64,000 nucleotides of DNA from Octopus vulgaris (lineage: Eukaryota). The notes below the pieces were generated by a model that had not been told where the DNA came from, did not search any database, and worked only from the letters and a program-made list of their open reading frames with translations. Of the stretch, positions 13,872 to 28,477 are shown one piece after another. Within the stretch, counting starts at the first letter, position 1, and each line of letters begins with the position of its first letter. A program made the position numbers and the translations under genes. Where the stretch lies: positions 11,842,001-11,906,000 of the forward strand of contig OX597828.1 in NCBI GenBank assembly GCA_951406725.2, read 5' to 3'.

Positions 13872-14105
13872 AAGGTGACGAGCTGGCAGAAACGTTAGCA
13901 TACCGGGCGAAATGCTTAGCGATATTTCGTTTGCCGTTACGTTTTCGGTTCAAATTCCGCTGAGGTCGACTTTGCTTTTCATCCTTTCGGGGTCGATAAA
14001 TTAAGTACCAGTTACGCACTGGGGTCGACGTAATCGACTTAATCCCTTTGTCTGTCCTTGTTTGTTCCCTCTATGTTTAGTCCCTTGTGGGCAATTAAGA
14101 AATTA
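13872..14105 (+). mobile_element. SINE family A inserted in a (GATA)n array
   Basis: Family A consensus flanked by (agat)n on both sides. Confidence 0.85.
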
Positions 14106-14138
14106 TAGATAGACAGGCAGACAGACAGACAGACAGAC

Positions 14139-14220
<82 letters not shown>

Positions 14221-14274
14221 GTATCCTACATTGAAAAGATTAAAAGTTGCAGCACTTCAAAACCAAAATAAACT

Positions 14275-14365
14275 AGAAGACGAGAAGACTGGCGTGGATG
14301 GAGAACAGGGAAGAAGCGTTGTCTAAGGTCTATGCTCCATACGGAGCGAAGATCTTATGTAAGTA
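14275..14365 (+). mobile_element. RTE-like LINE 3' fragment
   Basis: gaagactggcgtggatgg..gttgtctaaggtctatgctccatacggagcgaag..gtaagta resembles RTE 3' ends. The fragment is short. Confidence 0.35.
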
Positions 14366-14394
14366 TACATAGGGTGGCTATGTGGATATGCGCG

Positions 14395-14963
14395 GGGAAT
14401 GGGGCCGATTGTGTGGTAGGAAGATTGCTTCCCAACCACATGGTTCCAAGTTCAATAGCATTGCGTGGCACCTTGGGCAAGTGTCTTCTGTTATAGCCTC
14501 GGGCCGACCAAAGCCTTTTGAGGGGATTTCGTAGGCGGACACTGAAATAAGCTCGTCGGATATATATGTGTGTGTGTGTGTCTTTGTGTCTGTGGTTGTC
14601 CGCCTACACAACTTGACAAGCGGATTTGTTCTATTGATATCCATATATAGCCTAGCGGTTCGGCAAAAGAGACAATAAAATAAGAACTGGGCTTAGCATA
14701 AATATGTCCTAGGGTCGATTTGTTCGACTAAAACCGTTCAGTGTGGTACCCTAGCGTGGCCACAATCGAATATCTGAAAAACTGTAAACAGATACGTAGG
14801 GGCAGGAGTGGATGTGTGGTAAGTAGCTTGCTAACAAGTCACATGGTTCCGGGTTCAGTCCCACTGCGTGGCATCTTGGGCAAGTGTCTTCTGCTATAGC
14901 CTCGCGCCGACCAAAGCCTTGTGAGTGGATTTGGTAGACGGAAACTGAAAGAAGCCTGTCGTA

Positions 14964-15040
<77 letters not shown>

Positions 15041-15248
15041 TTGTGTGTCTGTGTTTGTTACTCTAGCATTGCTTGACAACCGATGCTGGTGTGTTTACGT
15101 CCCCGTCACCTAGCGGTTCGGCAAAAGACACCGATAGAATAAGTACTGGGCTTATAAAGAATAAGTCCCGGGGTCGATTTGCTCGACTAAAGGCGGTGCT
15201 CCAGCATGGCCACGGTCAAATGACTGAAACAGGTAAAAGAGTAAAGAG
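14395..15248 (+). mobile_element. Two tandem SINE family B copies (older 14395-14790, younger 14799-15248)
   Basis: Two consecutive matches to the family B consensus. Confidence 0.85.
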
Positions 15249-15599
15249 AGAGAGATACATGTGTGGGTAGATAAACATATAGAGACGGACAGACAGGCAT
15301 ACTTGCAGACACACGATGAGACAAACAGACAAACAGACAGACAGACAGGCAGAGAGACAAAGTCCCAAAAAACTCAGAATAGTTTATCAAGACATTTTTG
15401 CGTTGTGAAATAGGACACCTCAAATATAAAAGTTACGCTTTTAGGTCACAGACGGTTTTGGCAGAAAAGAAAGAAGGGTGAAAACTGTGAGTTTGGTACA
15501 ACATGTAAGATAAATCGCTGGAACAAAGATACGAAGGAATTGGCCTAAGTACACAAAAACACACGCCAAGTACCACACGCATTCAAACACACACATACA

Positions 15600-15620
15600 T
15601 AGACACAAGCAAACATACAA

Positions 15621-15659
<39 letters not shown>

Positions 15660-15688
15660 ATATAGATACAGCTACGTAATGTGTGTGC

Positions 15689-15723
<35 letters not shown>

Positions 15724-16044
15724 TGTGCGCGTGTGTGTTTGTGTGTGTGTGTATGTGTATAGATACAGCTATATGTGTGTGCGTGTATATATATATATAT
15801 ATGGATGTATGCATGTGCACACACATATTTATATGTACATACTTATACCAATATACATAGGTATATAAGTATATATATATATAGATATATAGATAGATAG
15901 ATAGATAGAAAGATAGATAGATATATATATATAGATAGATAGATATACATATATACATATATACAAACATATATATATATATATATATGCATATATATAC
16001 ACACATATATACATATATATATCTGTATACATATATATAATTAC

Positions 16045-16083
<39 letters not shown>

Positions 16084-16086
16084 CAT

Positions 16087-16130
<44 letters not shown>

Positions 16131-16150
16131 GGAAATGTGTATATACACAC
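15600..16150. repeat. Compound (TA)n/(TG)n/(GATA)n microsatellite block
   Basis: Directly visible. It generates the spurious YI/CV ORFs. Confidence 0.95.
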
Positions 16151-16589
16151 ACACTTGTGCGTGTAGGGAAGGGGGAACTGAGATGGGGAGCGAAAGAAAG
16201 GAAACAAACAGGTGGGAGGCAGGGTGAAGATTGAAGGATAGGGGCGATTGAGTGGAGGGGAAAGCAAAGGCGTAAGAGCGAAGCGGGAGAGGGAGTGGAG
16301 TCCTATACATGCTCTCATTCTGTCATAACCACACACGCGCGCACGCACACACACACACACTGATGGACATAAATGTAAAGTTTTGTAAACACGTAAACTA
16401 TATTTCTAAATTTCAAGAAGCGGCACGAAAACTGAAAATATGCAATTGTGTAACTGCGTTTGGATATGAGTATGTGTGCTTGCCTCGGTGTGTGTGTGTG
16501 TGTGTGTGTGCTTGTGTGTGTGTTTGTTTGTATGTGTGTTACTATGTGTGTATATGCAGACGTATATTATTATTCTTTTCTAATCAAGG

Positions 16590-16945
16590 AACAATGCCTG
16601 AAATTTTGAGGTATGGGGCCAGTCGATTAGATCGACATAGTACGCAACTGCTACTTTATTTATCGACCTAGAAAGGATGAAAGGCAAAGTCGACATGGGC
16701 GGAATTTGAACTCAGAACGTGACGGGAGACGAAATACCTATTTCTTTACTACCCACAAGGGGCTAAACACAGAGAGGACATTCAAGGACAGACAAACGGT
16801 TTAAATCGATTATATCGACTCCAGTGCGTAACTGGTGCTTATTTAATCGACCCCGAAAGGATGAAAGGCAAAGTTGACCTCGGCGGAATTTGAACTCAGA
16901 ACGTAGCGGCAGACGAAATACCGCTAAGCATTTCGCCCGGCATAC
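16590..16945 (-). mobile_element. Dimeric SINE family A
   Basis: Two core units joined at gacgaaatac|ctatttcttt. Confidence 0.85.
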
Positions 16946-17074
16946 TAAAGACGTATATCGTATCATCATAAATGTACACCCATGGCTTCCATACGTATGT
17001 ATATATATTTATGTCTGTGTTGATGTTTGAATATATATATATATATATTCTTTCATGCCCTCCAAGAGCTTATT

Positions 17075-17295
17075 ACATATTCTTTTATTCTTTTATTTCT
17101 TTAAGTCACTTTACAGCGGCCATGCTGGAGTAATGCCTTTAGTCGAACAAATAGACCCCAGGATTTATTCTTTGTAAGCCTAGTATTTATTCTATTGTTC
17201 TATTTTGCCGAATTACTAAGTTACGAGGGTGTAAAGACACTAACATCGGTTGTCAAACGATGGTGGGGAAGAAACAGACACACAAACATATACAT

Positions 17296-17333
<38 letters not shown>

Positions 17334-17349
17334 GGACTTACTTGGAAAT

Positions 17350-17402
<53 letters not shown>

Positions 17403-17588
17403 ATATATATATATATGTATGTATATTTAGGATGGGGTTCTTCCAGTTTCCGTCTACACAATCCACTCACATGACTATGGTCGGCCCGAGGCTATACTAG
17501 AAGACACCTGTTCAAGGTGCCATGCAGTGGTACTTAACCCAGAACAATGTGGCTGGGAAGCAAGCTACTTACCACAAACCTCTGTGTC

Positions 17589-17625
<37 letters not shown>

Positions 17626-17716
17626 ATTTCTTTTGTCCTGTACTTGTTTCAGTCATTAAACTCCGGCCATGCTGGGACTCCGTCTTAAACAGTTTCCAGT
17701 CGAATGAAGAAACCCC

Positions 17717-17772
<56 letters not shown>

Positions 17773-18060
17773 AATATATACGACGAGCTTCTTTTCATTT
17801 CCGTCTACCAAATCCACTCACAATTCTTTGGTCCGCCCGAGCTTATAGTAGAAGACACTTGACCAATGTTCCACGCAGCGAGACAGAACTATATATAGAT
17901 ACGACGTTTCTTTCAGTTTCCGTCTATCAAAACCACTCACGAAACTTTAACCAGCTCAGAGCCATAGTGTCTTCAAATATAGCTATGGTCGCCCAAGGCG
18001 CCAAGCAGTGTGACTGAATCCAGAACGATGTGGTTGAGATGCATACTTCTTACCACACTG
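17075..18060 (-). mobile_element. Cluster of SINE family B copies
   Basis: Repeated ttccgtctac..aaatccactcac..ggcccgaggctata..gaagacac segments. Confidence 0.8.
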
Positions 18061-19344
18061 CATACATAGACATACAAACATATACTCGTAAGCATGCACG
18101 CGTATTATATCACAAACAAGTTGAAAAAACATATTCATAATTGTTAAAGATTCTCAGGAGAACCGTCTGTATATCAATATACATTGATAGGTTTCTTATG
18201 ACATTAAATAGGAAAGCTTTATTTCAGAGTCTACGAAAGTGTTATTTTATCAACTGGAATACGACAACACCCTTTGACGCACTTGCCGACTTGTTGGTCA
18301 AGTGTTAAGCCTCAGCATGGCTGCCTGCTTCACGTGTCTAAATGAGAAACATTTAGAATCTAGTGTCAAATGTAGTGAGCGTTGGTGTTAAGTGTAGATG
18401 AACAATAACACGTTGCTTTGCATTGATTGTACTGTTTTATGGTAACCTGTCAAATCAATCATCCATTAATATTTGAATAAGTATCTATGAAAATATATAT
18501 TTAGTTACGCATATACATATGTTTGTGTGTGTATGTAGATTTATAAATATATATATATATATATATATATACATGCATGTGTGTGTGTGTGTGTAAAAAT
18601 GGGGAATAAGGTAAAGTGCGGCACGCAACCATAACCGTGATTAGTAGTGGGTTCCACACTCCACTCCAATACTTCGTGTATTACAACGCTGAGCATTAAT
18701 CACGGGATAGGCTACTGTGCAGAATACAAACCAAACAAGGGATGAAATGAAAAGCACAAAACATGTATCGTATTCAAAGTTTTATAGGGCATACACGTGT
18801 TTAAGTAAACTGCCGAAATAATTACGTAATATTTCTAGAAGCATTATGCAGCTATGCATTTTACTTTGTCAGTGTCCTGCCATAAACGGAACAATATAGG
18901 TTGAAGATCCAGATATATACACACTTTCCCTTTATGCAAATGATCAACAACTTCGCATATCGCATAAAATAGCTGACAATGCATTACATTAAGGAAGTTC
19001 GAGTAATATCACGCTTTTCTCAAGTCAATATAGACTGTTGTATTTATGGCTGGACTCTGATGTGGTGAAATGCATGATTACATAATGTGTGTGCGTGTGT
19101 GTGGCATTATGATGTGATATAAAGACGATATTCATTTGTTATGAAATTAGATCTTCCTACAACCTATAAATATCGATCAGACTTATCTATATCAGTTACG
19201 TTAGTGTTAACATCGAATATAGTAAATATGAGACAGCTAACTAAAAAGAATTTTATTAGTTAAGCGATATTCTCATCAATACGTCGATTCGTGAGGAAGC
19301 CTATAATATGTTTTGTTTGTCTCCCATTTATTCCATTCTCCACA

Positions 19345-19645
19345 TTATTTCTGCTCTAGACACAAGGCCCGAAATTTTGGGGGATGGAGCCAGTACGCAA
19401 CTGGTACTTAATTTATCGACCCCGAAAGGATGAAAGGCAAAGTCGACCTCGGGGGAATTTCAACTCAGAACGTAGAGGCAGACGAAATACCTATTTCTTT
19501 ATTACCCACAAGGAGCTAAACATAGAGGGGACAAACAAGCACAGACAAACGGATTAAGTCGATTATATCGACCCCAGTGCGTAACTGGTAGTTATTTAAT
19601 CAACCCCGAAAGGATGAAAGGCAAAGTCGACCTCGGCGGAATTTC
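19345..19645 (-). mobile_element. Dimeric SINE family A (5'-truncated)
   Basis: Same internal junction as the other dimeric copies. Confidence 0.8.
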
Positions 19646-19714
19646 CACATTTTTTGCAAGATATATCTTTCTGTTTTTGATGACCTCTTCATCTCTTTCT
19701 CTCTCTCTCACACA

Positions 19715-19765
<51 letters not shown>

Positions 19766-19869
19766 ACACACACATACGCTCATATACATATGCTCATCTT
19801 AGCTCAAGCTTGTTCACAGTAATTTAATGATAATTTCATCTTTGAGCATAGAACTGTATTAAACTGTAC

Positions 19870-19918
19870 ATAATGATCATGATCATCATGATCGTGATGA
19901 TGATGATGATGATGATGA

Positions 19919-19969
<51 letters not shown>

Positions 19970-20103
19970 CGACGGCGACCACGACGGAGACGCAACGATA
20001 AGGAGGAGGAGGAGGAGGAGCAAGAGGACAACGACGGTGACGACGACGACTACGACTACAACAACAGCGACGGCAATGCTGTTAATGATGATTGTGATGA
20101 TGG
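19870..20103. repeat. (GAT)n(GAC)n(GAG)n trinucleotide block
   Basis: Directly visible. Confidence 0.9.
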
Positions 20104-20329
20104 CAGTCTAAAAGACATGAGCAATTGCCCTCATTAGCATTATCTTTTCTGTTTGGTATTCACTTCAAGGTTAGATACAGAATATGTTTTTAAGTCTCAT
20201 CAACATAATTTACATATTTTTGTGTATGATGAGAGTGGGGCGGGGGGGTGGTAGTCGTGTCTTTTACATTTAATTATTCTTTTTTTATCATCATTTTCTG
20301 CTTTGTTTTTCTAACTTAATAATGTTTTG

Positions 20330-21280
20330 CAGAGAAGGATCTGAAACTATTTAGAAAGAAAGAGACGCGAGGAGAGACAGAAAGACGAAGAAGCGGAGGA
20401 AGAGAGATAAAAAGTAAGAAAGAAAGAAAGGAAGGAAGAAAGAGAGACACAGGCAGATAGACTGAGATACTAAGCGATAGTGAGACAAAGAGAGAGAGAA
20501 AGACAGAGTCAAAGAGAGAGAGAGAGAGAGAGAGACTGAGAGAGCGAAAGGGTGTAAGAGAGATTAAGTAAGAAGAGAAAGAATGCAAGTTAGAGGCAAG
20601 AAGAGAAAGCATCCAACGTAAGAGAGACAGCCAAGCAGACAGAGAGACAGAAACGGAGGGAAACAAGAAAACATCAGTATGAAAGAGTGAGACAGACAGG
20701 TGGGGAGCAAGGAATACAAAAGAATCTAGAGAGAGAAAGTCAATGTGAGAAGGAAGATGCAAGTAAGAGAGAGAGAAAAATAAGAGAGGAAGAGAAAAAT
20801 TACAAGAGAGAGACAAAAAATTACAAGAATGAGAGAGAGAGAGAGAAATTACAAGAGTGACAGAGAGTGAGAAATGATATTTGAGAATAAGGAAGAGAAG
20901 AGAGAAAATAAGTGAGGGAGAGAGAGAGAGAAATTATAAGAGGGAACGATAAGAGAGAGAAATGGCATTTGAGAGTGAGGAAGAGAGGCGATAAAAGAGG
21001 AGAGAGAGAGAGAAAGTGAGTGAGTAAGAGAGAGTAGATGCAAGAGAGAGGCAAGAAGCGATAGAAAATAAAGAGGGGAAAGAGAGAGAGAGAGAGATAG
21101 TTAGTAAGACAAAGTTCACAAAATATAGAGATAGTATAAGAAACAGCGAGAGAGAGAGAGGGTGCAACAGAGGGTGACAGGAAGCTAGAGAGCGGAAGTA
21201 TAAGAGAGGGAGATAGCGTAAAGGAAGTGTAAATGTTGTTTGGTGAAAAATAAGTGATAACGAGATAAGGGAGACAGTGA
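20330..21280. repeat. Purine-rich (GA)-derived low-complexity tract
   Basis: About 950 nt of strongly A/G-biased degenerate (GA)n sequence. Confidence 0.85.
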
Positions 21281-21621
21281 CCTCAATTGACCCTACGCAC
21301 TTATTTTGATAACCTTGAGCTTTAATGGGAATGACCCAGCTCCAGATTTTATATGTCATTTTACATCTAATGGAAGGACTGTGAAACTCCAAATACACAT
21401 TATCTATACACAATACGCGTGGAGAGCAACGTATATACATGTATATATATATATACACACACATTATATATATATATAATGTGTGTGTGTGTGTATAAAC
21501 ATACACACATATGTACGTCTACAGATATGTATGTATGTATATATATGTGTATATATATGTATGTATATATGCGCGCGTGTGTGTGTGTGTGTGTGCGTAA
21601 GTCTGCCACTATATATATATA

Positions 21622-21912
<291 letters not shown>

Positions 21913-22204
21913 CATATTAGTATATTCTACAGTGGGGTGTTTAACAAGCCGCTTATTTATGTCAGGGTCAGCAAAACGTTAGGTTATATAAGGGACATGT
22001 ACTAGAGACTAAATTGCAGAGCAAACGGTACTGGTAATCTGTAGATATTTGGGAATTGCTTGAGCTGTTGCTGTTGTTGATGTTCTTGCTGCTGCTCTTA
22101 TTGCTGTTACAGCTACTGCTACTGCTGCTGTTGGTGTTGTTACTACAGTTTTTGTTTAGACCGAGGCAAACCCCGAAGTAGTAGACCTATGCTCACACAC
22201 ATGC

Positions 22205-22443
22205 TCTTTTAATCTTTTACTTGTTACAGTCATTAGACTGCGGCCATGCTGGAGCACCGCCTTTCGTCGAGCAAATCGTCCCCAGGACTTATTCTTTGTA
22301 AGCCTAGTGCTTATTCTATCGGTCTGTTTTGCCGAACCGGTAAGTTACGGGGACGTAAACACACCAGCATCGGTTGTCAAGCGATGTTGGGGGAACAAAC
22401 ACAGACACACAAACACATACACACACACAAACACACACACCAC

Positions 22444-22509
<66 letters not shown>

Positions 22510-22665
22510 GACGGGCTTCTTTCAGTTTCCGTCTACCAAATCCACTCACAAGGCTTTGGTCGGCCCGAGGCTATAGTAGAAGACACTTTCCCAAGGTGAG
22601 ACTGAATCCGGTCCATGTGGTTCGTAAGCAAGCTACTTACCACACACCCACTCCTACGCCTATGG
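22205..22665 (-). mobile_element. SINE family B
   Basis: Near full-length match to the consensus. Confidence 0.88.
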
Positions 22666-23227
22666 CTTTCCTGGCTGAAACTTCGAAGTCACTGTCAGTA
22701 ATATTATTGTTAAAGAATAATCAAGTACATGCAGTAAAGTATTGTTTTCTTATATTTCATTTCAGTGTTTACTTTAGAACTTTTGTGTTTCGAATTATAC
22801 TTCCTCCAAAGGGGAGATAATTGCTTTCATATGCAGTACATTAAAAAAATGCTTCCTTCTCGGGTCATACCGACTCATAAGGACCTGTTTCGTGGTTTCC
22901 ATGGCAAATAAATTCCCCCACCTGGACGGGACGTCGATCCGTCGCAGAGTTGCTCGTTTTTGCCAGCTGAATGAACTGGAGAAACATGAAAATGAAGTGT
23001 TTTTCTCAAAATCATAATGCGTCGCCCGGTCCAGGAAGGGAAACAACAATCTTAACATCACGAGTCCTAAACCCTTACCACTAAGCCATGCACCTCCACA
23101 GTACCTTACAAGACCAAAACAGAATGTCCACTGCATTTATTCCACCATCCTAAAAAGGACATGAGTACTGTCTCGTCCCCGACCCTTAAATACACTTGCT
23201 ATACTCTACTAAAACATATCTTTTTTT

Positions 23228-23623
23228 TTCTTTTTACTTGTTTCAGTCATTTGACTGCGGCCATGCTGGTGCACCGCCTTTAATCGAGCAACTCGACCCC
23301 GGGACTTATTCTTTGTAAGCCCAGTACTTATTCTATCGGTCTTTTGCCGAACCGCTAGGTTACAGGGACATAAACACACCAGCATCGGTTGCAAGCAAAT
23401 GCTAGAGGGACAAACACAGACAAACAAACATACACGCACATACATATATATACATATATACGACAGGCTTCTTTCAGTTTCCGTCTACTAAATCCACTCA
23501 CAAGGCTTTGGTCGGCCCGAGGCTATAGTAGAAGACACTTGCCCATGGTGCCACGCAGTGGGACTGAACCCGGAACCATGCGGTTGGTAAACAAGCTACT
23601 TAACACACAGCCACTCCTGCGCC
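23228..23623 (-). mobile_element. SINE family B, full length
   Basis: Ends in ccactcctgcgcc, the reverse complement of the family head. Confidence 0.9.
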
Positions 23624-24074
23624 TATATATATTTATAGTTTTTAAATAATTCTTGAAGTAATGTACTTATGTAAACATCTTGACTGTTTACACAATTTCT
23701 AAGAGAACCAAATCACACAAGGGACAATCGATATAGTTTCAGTCCTGTTTTGGGATTTAGTCTGTGACTAAATAAACACATTTTTTTTTATCCACAGCGA
23801 TACTGAGGTCACCATTACTGTGGGCTTAAGTGAATGATAAGCAAATTACATAGAAGAACGTACCTTTATAAATACACACACAGACACACTCGCGCGCACA
23901 AAAGGAATTCTAATCGTTAACATCACGTTATTTTTTCTTTGGATCATTATGTGTATAGAGTAACATTATCTAATCTATAGTATTATAGTTGACGTTATTT
24001 AGCGCTAAGTCAAATCTGACTGAGTAGATCCAATGCATTGAAGTCATGACTGTCCTGTCCTCCAATCATCAATT

Positions 24075-24454
24075 GGAAGCACTCCGTCGGTTACGACGAC
24101 GAGGGTTCCGGTTGATCCGATCAACGGAACAGCCTGCTCGTGAAATTAACGTGTAAGTGGCTGAGCACTTCACATACACATGTACCCTGAACGTAGTTCT
24201 CGGGGATATTCAGCGTGACACAGAGAATGACAAGGCCGGCCCTTGGAAATACAGGTACAACAGAAACAGGAAGTAAGAGTGAGAGAAAGTTGTGGTGAAA
24301 GAGTACAGTAGGGATCACCACCATCCCTGCCGGAGCCTCGTGGAGCTTTAGGTGTTTTCGCTCAATAAACACTCACAACGCCCGGTCTGGGAATCGAAAC
24401 CGCGATCCTACGACCGCGAGTCCGCTGCTCTAGCCACTGGGCCATTGCGCCTCC
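24075..24454 (-). mobile_element. SINE family C (tRNA-derived), full length with TSD
   Basis: Head ggaggcgcaatggcccagtgg..ggtttcgattccc, tail ..gtaaccgacggagtgcttcc. Perfect TSD aatcatcaatt at 24064-24074 and 24455-24465. Confidence 0.92.
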
Positions 24455-24832
24455 AATCATCAATTAATGCATAATCCAAAAGAGCTTTTCCGTTTAAGAC
24501 CGTGGTGCAGCGTGTGATTTGAAAGAGATACAATTGCTGCTTTTTACTGGTAGAGCAACCTTACTGAAGACTTTTTCGTAGATTCTGCATAATATAGTAA
24601 TTAGTTTTAGTTGCTATACAAGGGACAGAGTTAGAGACTAAATGCCTCGCTGTATTTCTGCTGATTATTTGCGTTCTGAGCTCAAATCCCACCGAAGTAA
24701 ATTTTACCTCTCATCTTTTCGAGGCTCGATAAATATTGTGGTTGATGTAGCCGATTAACCTCGTCCCTTCAAAAATGCTGGCCTTGTGCTAATACCGGAA
24801 ACGATTATTTAGCACAATAAATTGTGCTAAAT

Positions 24833-25004
24833 TGTGCGGGTGGCACGTAAAAAGCACCCACTACACTCACGGAGTGGTTGGCGTTAGGAAGGGCATCCAG
24901 CCGTAGAAACACTGCCAGATCAGACTGGGCCTGATGCAGTCTTCTGGCTTCACAGACCCCAGTTGAACCGTCCAACCCATGCTAGCCTGGAAAGCGGACG
25001 CTAA

Positions 25005-25052
<48 letters not shown>
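24833..25052 (+). mobile_element. SINE 3' part with an RTE/Ceph-like domain and (GAT)n tail
   Basis: ggttggcgttaggaagggcatccagccgtagaaa..cccatgctagcctggaaagcggacgctaaa(tga)n. The domain naming is tentative. Confidence 0.6.
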
Positions 25053-25054
<2 letters not shown>

Positions 25055-25565
25055 ATTCTAAGCATTATTAACAAATAAAAAATACATTTCATATTTTGGC
25101 ACAAGTCCATCAATTTTATGAAGATGGCGAAAGACAGTAACATCTACCCCACTATAATTACCCTGTTGAACTTTCTCTCTTGGTCCTAGATCACTTTGTG
25201 TCACCTCGCTAAATTCGAAACTCGCAGCGTCTTCACCAAAATGCTGTTGTACGTCAACTGATAAGGAAGTCTTTCTACAGTCGTAGCTTTTTTTCCTCGA
25301 ACTGCCAGACTTTGGAACTCTCTTCCGTTTCATTGTTTTCTCCCTTCTTATAGCCTCAACTGTTTCAAGTCTAAAGTAAATTCATTCTTTGCGCCTTGAT
25401 CTCTTCGACTTCATAGTGCCTAACACGAAATGTTTTTACGCCTTACATGGGACTTTCAAAATTGGAACAGGGAAAATAAACATAATGTACTGGAAAAAAG
25501 TGCCGCTAAGGATTTTTGACCGGTGCTCTAAAATCATGCCAGCTTTCCACCTTAACAAATACATA

Positions 25566-25868
25566 AGCACTCCGTCGGTTACGACGATGAGTGTTCCAGT
25601 TGATCTGATCAACGGAAAATCTTGCTCGTAAAATTAACGTGCAAAATACATGTACCCCTTAACGTAGTGCTCAGGGAGATTCAGTGTGACTCAAGTTTGA
25701 CAAGGCTGGCCATTCGAAATACAAGTACAGCTTATATTTTCCAGCTGAGTAGACTGGAACAACGTGAAATAAAGTGTCTTGCTCAAGGACACAACGCGTC
25801 GTCGGGAATCGAAATCATGACCTTGCGATCGTAAGCCGAACACCCTAACCACTAAGCCACGTTCCTCA
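25566..25868 (-). mobile_element. Chimeric SINE: family D head with family C tail
   Basis: The 5' part matches 12027-12165. The 3' part (ctacgttaag..gatcaactggaac..gtaaccgacggagtgct) matches the 24075 and 63542 copies. Confidence 0.8.
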
Positions 25869-26633
25869 ACATATAACAAACATGTAACAATGATAAAAAG
25901 GTAAAAATATTAGTTAGCACTGAATGAGGGTGGTAGAGTGAAAGAGTGGTAGAATCGGTAGAGCGCCGGATGAAATGCCTGGCAGTATTTAATTGCGAAT
26001 CATTATGTTCTTAGTTCTAACCTTCCTTGGCCAAGTTTGTCTTTCACTTATTTAGAATCAATAAAATAGTCACGTACTGGAAATTGTTTAAGCGCTTAAC
26101 CACCCTTTCCCTGAACATTGCTAGCCTTGTACCAAAATTAAAAATTATTATTTATCTCCAGCTCAGCCTTTTCAAGAGGATTTATGTTCAACGAACTACA
26201 ACCATGACCACCACCCTCTATGAATGCCTATCGTGACGTATTTAAGGCTAAATTATCGTATGAATACTGTTTTTAAAAGTTAGAATTTGTTTACGGATGT
26301 TGTGTGTTTGAAAAGGTGACGAAATAAACAAGCGTTGTTATTTAGCACATGAACCAAACTGATGTAAACAACCAGCTGTAAGTTATTTACAACGAAGAGA
26401 GTTAAACACGTTGACAATGGCGCCCACAAACGAAGAAACGCAAAATGTTTATATATTAACTGTACAAAGAGTCAAGTTGTTTATAGTAAATGAACACAAA
26501 AGTATACACAAATAATTAAGTCGTGTGTCAAAGGGTGATATAAACAGTGCAAGGGTAATACTGTGATAAAGGTTATAACCTCGTAACCACAAGGTTTTCA
26601 GGAGTTCAATCCTGTACTATAGAACATTGAGTA

Positions 26634-27145
26634 CCGTAAATCCTCGAATATAGTCCGCCCTTGAGTATAATACGCAGCGGATTTTTAGGAGGCTGTACCT
26701 CTGAAAAACCTAAACCTTGTGTATAATACGCACCCCTTCTCTGACTTGAGTCAAGGAGGTCTATATAACGTCCTTGTTTTGTAAAAATGTATACGGTAAC
26801 GTCCTTTATTGTTATTGTATATCTAACATAATGCAAACGTGTAGCTTTTTTGTGCATTTTGTTTGCAGAAAATAAAGAAATAACAGTATTAACGTTTAAT
26901 AAGTGTTGCTTATTGCAAGTTATGGATGATTCTTTTATGACTTCATTGCTTTCAGGCTTAGCTTAAGGTATTTTCACGCCTGGCATCATAAAATGCGTCT
27001 GAATAAACATTGCCGGACAGCAAATAGAGACTCAGACATTGCTTAGAAAATAATTTTCATTTTTAACCTCGTATATAGTACGCACTAGGGATTTTGACAT
27101 TTAAATTTTGAGAAAAAAATGCGGATTATACTCGAGGATTTACGG
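26634..27145. mobile_element. Tc1/mariner-pogo (Tigger-like) MITE
   Basis: TA|ccgtaaatcctcgaatatagtccgc ... gcggattatactcgaggatttacgg|TA, with internal repeats of tataatacgca. It is nested in a decayed family B SINE. Confidence 0.88.
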
Positions 27146-27669
27146 TAACTTCTTCCACATGGTGGTTACGCCATGATAAAAGCCTTATCAATAGAAATTT
27201 TTAGAAGAAAACTGATCAGAATGATGTGAATACTCACGCACGCACACACACGCGTGCGCATACACACACATGTACATATGTATGTTTGTGTAAGTGAGTT
27301 TGGGTGTGTGTATGTATGAGAGTGAGTGTGTGCGCGCTCACACATGTTTTGTGTCTTGTATCCCCAGCGCTTCAGCAAATACAGATTGTGCAAAGCAAGA
27401 ACCGGAATAAGATCGATATGATCCTCTAAAATCTGTTAAAGGCGGTGCCCCAGCATGGCCGATTCCCAATTACCGAAAGTAGCACAAGAGCAGAAGAATA
27501 AGTGTATTTTTTTTTGTTTTCGGATTTTGCTGTTGTAACTGGTCTTGCTGTTGAGAACCAAATCAGATCTGTCCGAGCAAAACTAGCATCAGAGGTACAA
27601 TATCCATGACCACCACCACGTTTCACATTCTCTCTTTCTCTCTTTGTCTGTCTCTGTATGTCTGTCTGC

Positions 27670-27701
<32 letters not shown>

Positions 27702-28194
27702 TGTTCTCTTTCTCCCTTTTTTTGTCTACAAAGCACACACATATAATGTAAATACTGAATTAAGTATTTTACTTTATCAGTATATAAATGTGTGTGTGTA
27801 CATGTGTATGTGTGTGCGTGTGTGTGTGGTTGCGGTGGAACTATTTTGCACCGCATTCTCTAATGAAGAATGCTCTTTCATTTTTAAATCACTAAAGTTT
27901 GACACGAGACAAATTTGCCTGTTATTTCATGCTGCACACACGACCACATGAAGACGCAGCCTTATTATTTACCGAAAGTGTCCCAGAACATAAAATGCTG
28001 GGAACCAAGACCTGTTGTCTTCGTGATAAAAACAGATGGTGAAACAGCATGGGGCTGTAGAATAACGTAGGCCTAATGAGATAGCTGAACAATAAAGAAG
28101 TACACAAACAATCCAGCATTATATTATGTTGAGATAACAATATCTACATGAATACACAACAAATAATACTACAATACTAATTACCAGCGATGCA

Positions 28195-28196
<2 letters not shown>

Positions 28197-28243
<47 letters not shown>

Positions 28244-28268
28244 AACACACACACACATATATATATAC

Positions 28269-28316
<48 letters not shown>

Positions 28317-28341
28317 GTACACACATATATACTCATGTGTG

Positions 28342-28397
<56 letters not shown>

Positions 28398-28443
28398 TTT
28401 ATATATGTATGTATATATGTGTGCATGTACGTATGTATGTATG

Positions 28444-28477
<34 letters not shown>

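Noticed and set aside
15545-16360. 271-aa ORF and the many similar YI/CV/HT-rich ORFs (e.g. 46.5 kb, 53.5-54.2 kb)
   Set aside because: These are translations of (TA)n/(TG)n/(CA)n microsatellites, which lack stop codons.
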